A program made the position numbers and the translations under genes. A stretch of DNA of 37,229 bases from a virus. Taxonomy: Duplodnaviria > Caudoviricetes. The notes beneath the pieces are model-generated. The model saw only the letters and a program-made list of their open reading frames with translations, searched no databases and was not told the origin of the DNA. Shown one piece after another: positions 1 to 9,877 of this stretch. The stretch lies in the IMG/VR virus record IMGVR_UViG_3300005573_000182, positions 1 through 37,229 of that record. The stretch is one strand, 5' to 3'. How positions within the stretch are numbered: position 1 is the stretch's first letter; every line of letters begins with the position of its first letter.

Positions 1-74
1 AAAAGTTTAAGATTGACTGGTATAACGATTTTTTAAAACTTATTAACCAAATTGATGCTCAATTAAAACAAGAA
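1..74. repeat. Terminal direct repeat (assembly overlap), copy 1
   Basis: 1-74 is identical to 37156-37229, and a reading frame runs through the junction. Confidence 0.97.
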
Positions 75-566
75 GAACAACAACGTATACAACAAGACAA
101 TTTTTTGTTTGATTTAATATCACAAGCACAACCTGTTACACAATATAGAATTTTTATACCAATACGTAACTCAACTTCAGGTAAAGCGAGTGTTACAGAT
201 ACAAACTGGGTTGAACGTGTTAACGTAAGTGCTTATGTTCAAGAATATTTTGGTCTTAATCCTGATGATATAACACAGATAGATTGGTTTATAACATATA
301 GAGCAAGAGTGGTCAATAGTGGTGATGTTGGTTATATAAAAGCGAGATTTAGACAAACAGTCCCTTCAGGACAATATATTGAAACTGAAGTTAAAACAAT
401 AACGTCTACTTCGTGGAACGTTTTTTATGAACAATACAACAATGTGCCAAAAACAATTTTTACGCCAAACGGGTTGTTAGATTGTATGTTGATGTTAAAA
501 GTTGATAGTGGAACTATAGAAGCGTATATGGATAGAGCATTTTTGATTTTGATAATGGGAGGATAG
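1..566 (+). CDS. C-terminal part of junction-spanning 201-aa putative virion protein (starts at 37116)
   Basis: ATG 37116 reads MTDYSNNYRWEIPKKFKIDWYNDFLKLINQID... in frame into ORF 105..566. Its N-terminus is paralogous to 36505..37119. Confidence 0.8.
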   Translation, partial: KFKIDWYNDFLKLINQIDAQLKQEEQQRIQQDNFLFDLISQAQPVTQYRIFIPIRNSTSGKASVTDTNWVERVNVSAYVQEYFGLNPDDITQIDWFITYRARVVNSGDVGYIKARFRQTVPSGQYIETEVKTITSTSWNVFYEQYNNVPKTIFTPNGLLDCMLMLKVDSGTIEAYMDRAFLILIMGG

Positions 567-569
567 TTT

Positions 570-2327
570 ATGGTTAACTTATTAGACGCAGTAGCACAAA
601 TTTTTGGTAAACCAGCAACAGAACCAGAAGTTGAACCAAGCCAAAAAATAGAAAACAAGATTGTGCCTGGTGAAGAAATTTTGAATATAGACGAAGACAA
701 GGTTGTTCATATATTTAAACAAGTATACCAACACGCTTATAATGTTAAGAAAAACCATATAATAGTTTGGGACAAAGTATGGTCGTTGTTCAATAATCAA
801 TACGATTTTTCACAAAAAGCAGATTGGCAATCAAAAGCGTATACAACAAAGTTTAATGGTGCGATACGAACCTTAATGGCAATTTTGAAACGTTCTGTGT
901 TAGGTGCTAAAAAAATTTTTTCAGTAGAAGGTGTAGGTTATGAAAGCAAGTTGAAACAAGCAAATGTTGAAAACTTGTTATTTTATTGGTTTTACAAGTC
1001 AAATTTTAGGCACGAGTTTACAAAATCGTTGATGGCAGGCGTGTTGTCAAGTTTAGCAATTTTGAAAGCGTATTGGAATAACGGCGTAAAAATAGAAGCG
1101 TGTGACCCGTATGATATAACTTTAGACCCTACTGGTAGGAACAAGTTTATAATACACAGGATTAAAATGGATCTGTATGATGTTCAAAAACTTGCTAATG
1201 AAGGTGTTTATAACGCTGACAAAGTTGCGTTAATAAAAGAAAGTTTTGTTAGAGCAGAATTAGAATATAAAGAAAAATTGCGTAGGAACGAGCCAGGTGC
1301 TACACCACCGCCGTTTAGAAAAGAAGTTGAAATAATGGAATATTACGGCGACTTGTTTGACGAAGATGGTTCTTTGATAGAAGAAAATGTTATTATAACA
1401 ATTGCTAACGATAAATATTTGTTACGTATAGTTAAAAACCCGTATCCAATAAAACCTTTCTTTATTTATCCGTTATATTTTGTCCCGTTCAGTGTGTATC
1501 ACAAAGGATTTTTTGAAGATGTAGTCACAGCAGGTTTAATTGACGAAATGAGCCGTGTCCTTAATGGTATCATAGATGGACATTTATTTTCAATAGCAAA
1601 AGCGTTTGAACTTAATGTAGATTTAGTTGTTGATCCTGAAGAAATACAAAGTGGTATTTATCCAGGTAAAACAATTAAGAGGACAGGTTATGCGAATGAA
1701 CGTTTGATACAAGAAGTAAATATAGGTAATATTTCACAACAAAATTTAGCAGTATATGAAATGTTAGCAAGAGAATTTCAAAATGCGACAAGTATCACAG
1801 AATTTATTATGGGTATGCCAACAAGTCGTGGTCGTCCTACAGCAACAGAGGTTGTTCAAAAAACACAACAAACAATGAGTGCGTTAGAAGATATTGTTCG
1901 TGATTTAGAACAATATTTGATTGTTCCGTTATTAGAATTTGTTTTTGATTTAATAATGAAGTATCAAGACAATTTTACTGATGCTCAACTACAAGAATTT
2001 TTAGGTCGTAATTTAGATTATACTTTACCTTTAGAACAATTTAAAGAAAAATATTTTAGTGGTCAATATGAGTTCAGGGTTAATGGTATTTCACAAACAT
2101 TGTTGAAACAACAGACAGTGGAAAAGATAGCGTTGTTGTTCCAGTTGTTACAAGCGAACCCGAACTGGGCAAGTAAAATAGATTTAGACAGGTTGTTATA
2201 CAAAATTTTAGAATCGTTAGATTTAGATCCAACAGAACTTATTATAGAACAACAAGGTAATCAAGAACAACAGGTAGGTGTTATACCACCTGTTTCAACA
2301 CAACCAACAGAGGAGGTAGAACAATGA
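570..2327 (+). CDS. Portal protein (podovirus/P22-like)
   Basis: 585 aa upstream of scaffold and capsid; portal-like segments (DPYDITLDP, IYPGK, G...RPTATEV); GGAGG SD. Confidence 0.85.
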   Translation: MVNLLDAVAQIFGKPATEPEVEPSQKIENKIVPGEEILNIDEDKVVHIFKQVYQHAYNVKKNHIIVWDKVWSLFNNQYDFSQKADWQSKAYTTKFNGAIRTLMAILKRSVLGAKKIFSVEGVGYESKLKQANVENLLFYWFYKSNFRHEFTKSLMAGVLSSLAILKAYWNNGVKIEACDPYDITLDPTGRNKFIIHRIKMDLYDVQKLANEGVYNADKVALIKESFVRAELEYKEKLRRNEPGATPPPFRKEVEIMEYYGDLFDEDGSLIEENVIITIANDKYLLRIVKNPYPIKPFFIYPLYFVPFSVYHKGFFEDVVTAGLIDEMSRVLNGIIDGHLFSIAKAFELNVDLVVDPEEIQSGIYPGKTIKRTGYANERLIQEVNIGNISQQNLAVYEMLAREFQNATSITEFIMGMPTSRGRPTATEVVQKTQQTMSALEDIVRDLEQYLIVPLLEFVFDLIMKYQDNFTDAQLQEFLGRNLDYTLPLEQFKEKYFSGQYEFRVNGISQTLLKQQTVEKIALLFQLLQANPNWASKIDLDRLLYKILESLDLDPTELIIEQQGNQEQQVGVIPPVSTQPTEEVEQ

Positions 2328-2548
2328 AAAAAAAGATAAATATAGAAAAAAGTAAGCCAGATGTAAGAGGGTATGAAAATAAGATAATAAATTTGTTAGA
2401 AGACGAGACGATAGAATATGTCCCTGCGACAGAAGATGTGAAAAAGACAGCAGTAAGTAAATCAGAGTTGTATGAGCCGATACCTTCAATACCTGAAGGG
2501 GCAAGACGTCCCTGGGCAAAAAATAGACCAAGAATTTCAAGGAGGTAA
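2324..2548 (+). CDS. Hypothetical protein
   Basis: GGAGG SD; start overlaps the portal stop (ATGA). Confidence 0.7.
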   Translation: MKKKINIEKSKPDVRGYENKIINLLEDETIEYVPATEDVKKTAVSKSELYEPIPSIPEGARRPWAKNRPRISRR

Positions 2549-2555
2549 AAAACGT

Positions 2556-2825
2556 ATGGCAAAAAAAAGAGAAGTTCAAAAACAAATATCTGGTGGTGTA
2601 AGAAAACTTGTCCGTCAATGGGAACGGACAGGTAAAATAGAAACGTCAAGAGCGACGTATAGACCTAAAACAAAAGAAGAAGCAATAAGACAAGCGTTAG
2701 CGATAGAGTATGGTCGTGCGAGACAAGAAGGTAAGTTGCCAAAAAGACGTTCAAGACCAACAGGTTCTGGTGTGTTTACAGACCAAGAGATAGCAAGGGG
2801 GTATAAAATAATATGGCGACCTTAA
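2556..2825 (+). CDS. Small basic protein, DUF6496-like
   Basis: AAGGAGGT SD before ATG 2556 (MAKKREV). IRQALAIEYGRAR resembles the QAIAIALSEAR motif. Confidence 0.6.
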   Translation: MAKKREVQKQISGGVRKLVRQWERTGKIETSRATYRPKTKEEAIRQALAIEYGRARQEGKLPKRRSRPTGSGVFTDQEIARGYKIIWRP

Positions 2826-2959
2826 AACCAAAATTTAAGATACCTTCAATGAAAGTAAAGTTGCCAAAATTACCAAAAATAAAGCCGTTGCCTAAAATAA
2901 AAGCAAGTTATGTTGGGACATTAAAACCGCCTAAAATTAAGAAGTTAAAAATTTTTTAA
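2813..2959 (+). CDS. 48-aa Lys/Pro-rich basic peptide (not in ORF track)
   Basis: MATLKPKFKIPSMKVKLPKLPKIKPLPKIK...KIF*; AAGGGG upstream; fills the gap exactly. Confidence 0.6.
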   Translation: MATLKPKFKIPSMKVKLPKLPKIKPLPKIKASYVGTLKPPKIKKLKIF

Positions 2960-3003
2960 TCAGTTGATAAAAACAAAAAAATTTATTTTATAAAATAACT
3001 ATG
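2947..3003 (+). promoter_or_regulatory. Putative late promoter, leaderless, copy 1
   Basis: AAAAATTTTTTAATCAGTTG is identical to 31841-31860; TTGATA-19 bp-TATAAA-6 bp-ATG; no SD. Confidence 0.7.
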
Positions 3004-3240
3004 ATAAAACCTAACTTTGATGAAGATGCTGTTGCTATACTTCGGTATTTACTTGAAGAACGTAAGAAACGTATTGTTTTAAATATTGCTAACACGCCGT
3101 ATGGTGATATAGAACGGCTTAAAGGGTTGCACGCAGAATTGCGTGTAATAAGTTTGTTAGAAAACGATTTGTTAATAGAAATTGCTAAATTGAAGCAAGA
3201 AAGAAGGAAAGAATTAGAACAAATCCTGTCCCACGAGTAA
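3001..3240 (+). CDS. Small head-module protein preceding scaffold
   Basis: 79-aa helical ORF between portal region and scaffold. Confidence 0.7.
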   Translation: MIKPNFDEDAVAILRYLLEERKKRIVLNIANTPYGDIERLKGLHAELRVISLLENDLLIEIAKLKQERRKELEQILSHE

Positions 3241-3267
3241 TCGTGGACAAACAGGGGGGAGGATAAA

Positions 3268-4086
3268 ATGGTAAAAACAAAAATACAAGAGTTGTATGAG
3301 AATTTAGATAAAGAAGAAGTTGCTGACAATCCTGTTGAAACACAACAGGAAAGTCAAGAACAACAAACACAAACACAAGAAGTTGACCAACAATCACAGC
3401 AACAAGAAAAGTTGTTGGCAGGTAAGTTCGGTTCTGTAAACGATTTAGAAAAGTCGTATGAAGAACTACAGAGACAATATACTGAACTTACAGAAAGGTT
3501 GAAACGTGCTGAAGCGTCGTTAGAAACATTTTTGAAGACACAAAATATGACACAATATGTTCAACCACAAGTTCAACAACAAAACAATGTTCCTTTACAA
3601 CAGACAAACGATTTTGATATAGATGTTGATCCATACTCAAATCCAAAAGAGTATGCTAAAAAGATTTACGAAAAAACTCTTACTGATGCTATAAATCGTG
3701 TTCAACAAATGATACTTGTTCAACAACAAATGGAGTATGTGCGACAAAAATTTTATTCTGAAAACCCCGATTTAAAAGGTAAAGAACGTATAGTTGGGAT
3801 TGTGTCACAAGACGTTGTTCGTGATATACCCAATGCTGACCTTGACACTGTGCTTAAAGAAGTAGCGAGAAGGACAAGAGAATTCCTTGCTTCTCTTGTC
3901 CCACAACAAAAACCTGTCCAACAACCAGTTGCTGTAACACCACAAGTTGGTCAAACAAGACAAATCACACAAACTAAAACTGAAGAACGAGAGTTAACTC
4001 CTGAAGAAGAATATCAGGAGTATATTAACTATCGTAAACAAAGATTAGCAGAAGCAAAAAATATTCTTATCAAAGGAGGTAAATAA
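3268..4086 (+). CDS. Capsid scaffolding/assembly protein
   Basis: Acidic, Gln-rich coiled coil; LLAGKFGSVNDLEKSYEELQ motif typical of podovirus scaffolds; directly precedes the capsid gene; strong SD. Confidence 0.8.
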   Translation: MVKTKIQELYENLDKEEVADNPVETQQESQEQQTQTQEVDQQSQQQEKLLAGKFGSVNDLEKSYEELQRQYTELTERLKRAEASLETFLKTQNMTQYVQPQVQQQNNVPLQQTNDFDIDVDPYSNPKEYAKKIYEKTLTDAINRVQQMILVQQQMEYVRQKFYSENPDLKGKERIVGIVSQDVVRDIPNADLDTVLKEVARRTREFLASLVPQQKPVQQPVAVTPQVGQTRQITQTKTEERELTPEEEYQEYINYRKQRLAEAKNILIKGGK

Positions 4087-4089
4087 CCT

Positions 4090-5037
4090 ATGGATTGGAT
4101 AAATATGGGCGGTTATTTAGCAAACCCACGTTTAAGTAAAAAAATAAGGTTATCGGCATTACCATTGATGAGGTTTAGACAATTTGTGCGTCCTGAACCA
4201 GGTTATGGTAAAAATGTTGGCGACAAAATAGATTTTATCCGTGTATCAGAAGTGTTGACATCAGGTCGTGCTATATCTGAAGATGAAGAAGTCCCAGAAA
4301 CCAATCTTCAGATAACAAAGAGTTATTTACAAGTTACTGAATATGCTAATAGTATCCCGTATACTGGCAAGTTAGAAGCATTGTCCGAGTTTGATCCTGA
4401 AAACTTGATACAAGAAGCGTTGAGACGTGATATGGCAAAAACGTTAGATGCTGTAGTTGGTAATGTGTTTAGAAGCACAAAATATATTTATACACCAACT
4501 GGGACATCTGATAATCCTTCGTTTGTATTCACAAATACAGGGACACCAGGTGATGTTGCTACAAGACCAATCAGCGGTTGGGATATTTCAAAACTTCGTT
4601 TATTAGCAAAAGGTAAAACTGCTGGTGTAGGTATTCCGCCTTATGATGGGACAAATTATATGGCAATATGTTCTGTTGGTGCTTATGAACAGATATACAA
4701 CGACCCTGCTTTTGTTGAAGCATCAAAATATGGTGATCCTGACAGATTGTTCAGTGGCGAAGTTGGTAGATGGAGACAGATTAGGTTTATTGAAGAAAAC
4801 AATGTTCTTGACGACACATTACCAGCAAACGATGTCCCTGGCGAACTTATCTTCTTTGGTGAAGATCCTGTTGTAGAAGGTATTGTTATACCAGAAGAAA
4901 TACGTGCTGATATACCAAAAGATTTTGGTAGAAAGAAAAAATTAGGTTGGTATTATCTCGGTGGTTCTACCTTATCGTTCTGGGAAGCAGGTTGGGGTCT
5001 CTGCAGAGTTATCCGTGTATACGGTGCTTCAGAATAA
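4090..5037 (+). CDS. Major capsid protein (N4-gp56-like)
   Basis: 315 aa after scaffold; FRQF, GDKIDF, LFSGEVGRWRQIRFIE and DFGRKKKLGWY motifs; AAGGAGGT SD. Confidence 0.88.
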   Translation: MDWINMGGYLANPRLSKKIRLSALPLMRFRQFVRPEPGYGKNVGDKIDFIRVSEVLTSGRAISEDEEVPETNLQITKSYLQVTEYANSIPYTGKLEALSEFDPENLIQEALRRDMAKTLDAVVGNVFRSTKYIYTPTGTSDNPSFVFTNTGTPGDVATRPISGWDISKLRLLAKGKTAGVGIPPYDGTNYMAICSVGAYEQIYNDPAFVEASKYGDPDRLFSGEVGRWRQIRFIEENNVLDDTLPANDVPGELIFFGEDPVVEGIVIPEEIRADIPKDFGRKKKLGWYYLGGSTLSFWEAGWGLCRVIRVYGASE

Positions 5038-5111
5038 TTGAGATAAGTTGTTAAAAATATTTTAAGGGAGATTTTTTTGTTAAAATTTTAACCACAGGAG
5101 GTATTTTAACA

Positions 5112-5279
5112 ATGATTGATACAAGGAGACCTTTTGTTTTACAATATAGAGATGGTAAGTATGTAGTAAAATATTTAGACACAGGCGAACAAAAAGATGT
5201 TACAAAAGAAATGAAAAAAGAAGAAGTTAAACTTTATAAACAAGATAAAGAAAGAGAAAAAGAAGAAAAGAAAAAATAA
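5112..5279 (+). CDS. 55-aa Lys/Glu-rich protein (not in ORF track)
   Basis: AGGAGGT SD; MIDTRRPFVLQYRDGK...EKKK*. Confidence 0.65.
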   Translation: MIDTRRPFVLQYRDGKYVVKYLDTGEQKDVTKEMKKEEVKLYKQDKEREKEEKKK

Positions 5280-5302
5280 TATTGGATATTAACTAATTTT
5301 GT

Positions 5303-5941
5303 ATGAATTTTGGCGAGTTTAAACAAAGGGTTAAAGATATTGTTGCGAGAAACAATCTTGAGTTGGACAATGTTATATTGATGTTTACAAACGAAATCCT
5401 TGATGAGATACAGAAATTTTATAATTTTGAATTCTTGAAACAAACAATAGAATTACAAGTTGTTGCGGGACAAAGGACATATTCGTTACCTGCTAACTTT
5501 AAAGATGATATAATTTTTTATCTTGTTAAAGAAAACAAGTATGAGAAGTTAACGTTAACAAATTCGTATGAAATAATTAAGAAAGTGATACCTGAAGAAA
5601 CTGGTGAGCCAAAATATATTGTGATTGAAAGAGATATGTTTTCTTTGTTTCCCGCACCTGATAAAGATTACGTGTTGCGTATAACTTATTATGCTTATTT
5701 TTCACCTATTAGTTCTGATACTGATACTAACTATATTCTTGATAAAGAAGTTGATGTATTGTTAAATGGTGTTCTACAACGTGTTTTTTCTTACTTGTTT
5801 GAATATGAACAAGCACAATATTATGGACAGATTTATCAACAAAAATTGTTGTTATTAAAACGCCGTGAGGTTATTAAAGAATTACCTACTGAAATGAGTT
5901 TAGGAGTTTATACAGATGTCAAAAAGTCATTATTGGAGTAA
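5303..5941 (+). CDS. Head-tail adaptor / tail tubular protein A-like
   Basis: Position after capsid; GQRTYSLPANF, GEPKY and LFPAPDKDY motifs. Confidence 0.75.
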   Translation: MNFGEFKQRVKDIVARNNLELDNVILMFTNEILDEIQKFYNFEFLKQTIELQVVAGQRTYSLPANFKDDIIFYLVKENKYEKLTLTNSYEIIKKVIPEETGEPKYIVIERDMFSLFPAPDKDYVLRITYYAYFSPISSDTDTNYILDKEVDVLLNGVLQRVFSYLFEYEQAQYYGQIYQQKLLLLKRREVIKELPTEMSLGVYTDVKKSLLE

Positions 5942-5944
5942 GAA

Positions 5945-6706
5945 ATGGTATGGAATAAAAATACACCTGCTTTTAATGAACCTATATCACAAGGCGATGA
6001 TAGATTGCGTGAACTTAAACAAGATTTACAAACTATTTTTCAAAAAGATTTTAAAAATAGTGATTGGAATGGACAATCTGGCACTTCAAAACATAACCAT
6101 TTTATAAACCCGCAAAATATTCTACAAAAAGATGGTGTATATAAAGTTTTAGCAGACGATACTTCTTCCACTGATTATCGTATTTTAAAAATACAAGTTT
6201 ACTACAATGGTGCTTGGCGTAACGCTACCAATCCTACTTTTCAACATAAAACTACAAAAGTAAATAAACATTTGTTTGAACCTGGCGACATTATTGTTGT
6301 TTATGGAAATACTGCTCCAGTAGGTTGGGTTCAACAAACAATTGAACAAGTTTTCAATGTTAACTTGTCAGAAATAATGTTAGGAATATCACTTGCTCCA
6401 GGTTCTCCTGTAATCGGTAGCCATTCGTTAAGTAGTGTTATAACTCATTCACACACATTATCAACTGAATTTCTTGCTTCTGACCATTCACATCAAGGGT
6501 CAGGACAAGTGGCAACAAGCGGGACAAACGATGGTAAAGAAGCGTATAAAATAGGTGGTGGTTATGATATAGTTAAATTACATCATTATCATATTATAAA
6601 TTATTCTATAAATTCGGTTAGAAGTGGATCTCACACACATACTATTTCAGAATATACTACAGGAAATTATAAACGAGCAAATTTTATTTTAGTTAAAAGG
6701 AGTTAA
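5945..6706 (+). CDS. Tail fibre protein 1 (HxH motifs)
   Basis: Shared N-terminus W..P.....GDDR(L/I)RELKQDL; collar-like APVGW; several HxH motifs. Confidence 0.7.
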   Translation: MVWNKNTPAFNEPISQGDDRLRELKQDLQTIFQKDFKNSDWNGQSGTSKHNHFINPQNILQKDGVYKVLADDTSSTDYRILKIQVYYNGAWRNATNPTFQHKTTKVNKHLFEPGDIIVVYGNTAPVGWVQQTIEQVFNVNLSEIMLGISLAPGSPVIGSHSLSSVITHSHTLSTEFLASDHSHQGSGQVATSGTNDGKEAYKIGGGYDIVKLHHYHIINYSINSVRSGSHTHTISEYTTGNYKRANFILVKRS

Positions 6707-6710
6707 AAAA

Positions 6711-7370
6711 ATGGTATGGGATATTAGTAAACCTGCTGGTAGCGAAGTAGTTTCTTATGGTGACGACAGGATAAGAGAGTTAAAACAAGATTTAGAAACT
6801 ATTTTTCAAGAAGACCATTATTTTTTAACTGATAACAACAATCCACGTTTGGTTCATAGTATTAAAAAGAACATTGACCGCAATAACAGAATTTTTTATG
6901 ATGGCGAGTTAAAATACAGGGATTACAACGGGAATATTGTTTCTTGGCGTGATGAAATACCGCTTGGGACAAAAGTGTTGTTTATATCAATGCCTGAAAA
7001 TGGAAGACCATATTGGAACATTGTGCCGATAATAGATTATGTTGTAAATCTTGTGAATAGTGATGGTGGACAAATTACTGGTATAATAGATTATTTTTCA
7101 CAAATTCATACTCATAGTGTAAACAATGAAACAATAGAGGGGCACGACCATACTGTTGATTTTCAAAGTGCTACAAGTAATTATGGTAGTGATATTAAAG
7201 AAGGGATTACTGCGTCGGGTGGGACGAAGTTTGTTAGTTATAATCATACACATCTTGGTTTTCGTCAATCTTCAACAAAATCAGAAAATATTACACATAA
7301 CCATACTTTAGGTTCAGTATCTTTTAATCCACGTTATGTTAAAGGTATAGTTTTGGAGAGAATAAAATGA
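6711..7370 (+). CDS. Tail fibre protein 2 (HxH motifs)
   Basis: Paralogous N-terminus; IPLGTK; HTH, HDH, HTH and HNH motifs. Confidence 0.7.
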   Translation: MVWDISKPAGSEVVSYGDDRIRELKQDLETIFQEDHYFLTDNNNPRLVHSIKKNIDRNNRIFYDGELKYRDYNGNIVSWRDEIPLGTKVLFISMPENGRPYWNIVPIIDYVVNLVNSDGGQITGIIDYFSQIHTHSVNNETIEGHDHTVDFQSATSNYGSDIKEGITASGGTKFVSYNHTHLGFRQSSTKSENITHNHTLGSVSFNPRYVKGIVLERIK

Positions 7371-8044
7371 CTTGGGATAAAACAAAACCACAAGGTTCAG
7401 AAGCGTTAAGGTTAGGCGATGACAGAATACGAGAGTTAAAACAAGATTTAGAAAATATTATTACTTATGAACATTATTTTGAGTTAGACCAAAACAATAA
7501 TATTGTTGATGTTCAACATAAACTACCAATTGGTTTTCCTACTACTGACAAGTTAGATGGTAGGTTGTGTTATGTTCCTGATGATGAAACATTGTATATG
7601 TGGGACGAGGTAGAAAACAAGTTTAAAAGGTTATCAACGCCAGACAATTTGATACCTGTAGGGACAAAGATTGTAGGGAAAATTTCTGCCCCGTGTTGGG
7701 TGTTAATAAGTTTACAAGAAACACGTTGTGTAAGGTTAACAAACACGTATAACGATGCTGGATTAACAGGTGGGACTGACGATCCTAACTATATGTTTCA
7801 TCAACATAGTGTTAGCGAGTATAGGTATTCACATAGTCATTCTCTTTCAGATTATACAAATGGAGCGGAAGATGGAAAGTGTGACACTTATGGTGTGGAC
7901 AGAGGCACGTGGTCAGCAGATGGTCATAAACATTCTTTTTCTTTAACTTTAAATTCACAAGAGTTAGCACATAGTCATAGTATGAATAGTCAAGGAGGTT
8001 CTATTTCAACAGGATATTTAGGTGTTTATGAAAGACAATTTTAA
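7367..8044 (+). CDS. Tail fibre protein 3 (HxH motifs)
   Basis: Paralogous N-terminus; IPVGTK; HQH, HSH, HKH and HSH motifs. Confidence 0.7.
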   Translation: MTWDKTKPQGSEALRLGDDRIRELKQDLENIITYEHYFELDQNNNIVDVQHKLPIGFPTTDKLDGRLCYVPDDETLYMWDEVENKFKRLSTPDNLIPVGTKIVGKISAPCWVLISLQETRCVRLTNTYNDAGLTGGTDDPNYMFHQHSVSEYRYSHSHSLSDYTNGAEDGKCDTYGVDRGTWSADGHKHSFSLTLNSQELAHSHSMNSQGGSISTGYLGVYERQF

Positions 8045-8048
8045 CGAA

Positions 8049-8378
8049 ATGTTTTGTCCGATAACAGGTAAGAAGTGTAGGTTAGATTGTGCTTGGTTAG
8101 TAGATATGACAATAACGAACAATATTACAGGTGAGAACAAACAAGAAAAACGTTGTGCTATATTTTGGTTGATAAGTTTACAAGTGGAGAACAACAGGTT
8201 AGTATTGTCTAACACGCAGGCGATAGAAAGTTTTAGGAACGAGATGGTTAAAGGACAGGGGTATCAAGAGGTTATAGCAGAAAGTTTAGTCCATTTTTTA
8301 AAACTTGCTTTACGAGGTAGACAAAAAAATGTTCAGAACGAAGACGACAATGTTAAAGATGCCCTTTCAGGGCGTTAA
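8049..8378 (+). CDS. Cys-rich protein following fibres (possible fibre chaperone)
   Basis: Likely start 8049 (MFCPITGKKCRLDCAW...CAI). The function is inferred from position only. Confidence 0.6.
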   Translation: MFCPITGKKCRLDCAWLVDMTITNNITGENKQEKRCAIFWLISLQVENNRLVLSNTQAIESFRNEMVKGQGYQEVIAESLVHFLKLALRGRQKNVQNEDDNVKDALSGR

Positions 8379-9876
8379 TTACAAAGTAGACCCGTATTTT
8401 TTAGCAGACAATTTTTTTGCTGAATTGTATAATACTGATGTTGATATTGATGGTTTAACAAAACGACCTGGTTTTAGAACTTTTTGTTTACAACCTACTG
8501 GCGATAAGATTATACGATTCTTAAATTATCATTATAGCGGGACAGGTTTTTATTTAATAGGTTTTTCACCAACAAAGTTATACAAGTTTGACGGGACACA
8601 ATTTGTCCAAGTAGGAACAAAAACGTTTTTACAAACAGACCATATTAGTTGTGATACAGGGTTTGACAACATATTTTTTACAAACAATAAAGCAGAAAAA
8701 CCTAAATATTGGAATATTACAATGACAGATTTTGACGATATCCCAGGATTAACCGATGTAGAACCTGGCGATATAGAACTAAATAGTTGTCATAATTTAG
8801 TAGTGTTTAAAAATTTTGTTGTTTTAGCACAAACTGTGGAAAATAATGTTTATTATCCAACACGTATTCGTTGGTCACAATATAACGATTTTACAAACTG
8901 GAAAAACAATCCTGATGGTTCAGGTATGGCAGGTTATTTTGACTTGTTACAAGAAGCATCGCCTATAGTTCGTATGTTACCTTTGAAAGATTATCTTATT
9001 ATTTACAAACCTGATTGTATATACATAATGCGGTTTGTAGGGACACCTTATGTTTTTGTAGTAGAAAAAATAGTTGAAGGTATAGGTCTTCTTGGTTATA
9101 ACGCAATATGTTCATTTTTAGATACACACTTGTTTGTAGGACGAGATAATATATACATTTTTACAGGTAGCACAATACAACCTGTTGGCGACTTGATTAT
9201 AGAAAAGTTTTTTGAAGAACTAAATTATGAACGTGTTGACGAAATTTTTTGTTATCCTGATATTACAAACAAAAAAGTGTATATTTTTTATCCAACAACA
9301 AGTTCTAAAGGTTGTAATAAATGTTTGGTTTATAATTATGTTTTAAAAAGTTGGTCTACTTATGAAATACCTTATGGTGTTGATATGATTTATACTTCAA
9401 AAAGTTTTGATGTAACTTGGGATAGCGTGGGGACATCTTGGGACGGGACAGGAAGAACGTGGGAAGAACAACAGGTTGGCGGAGGCAGGTTTTTAATTCT
9501 TGCTACAACAGGTGATAAAATAATAAATTTTGATGAAAAAGATGTTGACGATAATGTTTATACAACATTAGTTTATGACGTTAAAACAAAAATTTTTGAT
9601 TTTGGTTTACCACATAATATAAAAAGGTTGTTAGAAATACGTGTTTTAGGTAGAATTAAAAAAGGGTTAAAACTACGTGTTAATTATGGTGATGAAATTC
9701 CGTTGTTAGCATATTATCGTGAGTTTGAAGTGCCAGAGAATGGTGTTATACAATGTGATATTTCAGCAAAATATTTTCAAATAGAGTTTTACGAAGAAAC
9801 AAATACAAATAATTATAACAAAACGTTTGAAATAAGTAATTTACAATTAAGGTGGATAGAACGGGGGTTACGTTAA
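8329..9876 (+). CDS. Tail nozzle / DNA stabilisation protein (P22 gp10 / tubular B-like)
   Basis: GLTKRPG near the N-terminus, RIRWS motif, beta-rich; GAGGT SD before ATG 8329. Confidence 0.75.
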   Translation: MFRTKTTMLKMPFQGVNYKVDPYFLADNFFAELYNTDVDIDGLTKRPGFRTFCLQPTGDKIIRFLNYHYSGTGFYLIGFSPTKLYKFDGTQFVQVGTKTFLQTDHISCDTGFDNIFFTNNKAEKPKYWNITMTDFDDIPGLTDVEPGDIELNSCHNLVVFKNFVVLAQTVENNVYYPTRIRWSQYNDFTNWKNNPDGSGMAGYFDLLQEASPIVRMLPLKDYLIIYKPDCIYIMRFVGTPYVFVVEKIVEGIGLLGYNAICSFLDTHLFVGRDNIYIFTGSTIQPVGDLIIEKFFEELNYERVDEIFCYPDITNKKVYIFYPTTSSKGCNKCLVYNYVLKSWSTYEIPYGVDMIYTSKSFDVTWDSVGTSWDGTGRTWEEQQVGGGRFLILATTGDKIINFDEKDVDDNVYTTLVYDVKTKIFDFGLPHNIKRLLEIRVLGRIKKGLKLRVNYGDEIPLLAYYREFEVPENGVIQCDISAKYFQIEFYEETNTNNYNKTFEISNLQLRWIERGLR

Positions 9877-9877
9877 A

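Noticed and set aside
1-74. Biological terminal repeat
   Set aside because: It falls mid-gene and has the size of an assembler overlap, so it is treated only as evidence of circularity.
5945-8044. Diversity-generating retroelement or invertible fibre cassette
   Set aside because: No reverse transcriptase, template/variable repeat pair or recombinase was seen, and all three genes share one orientation.
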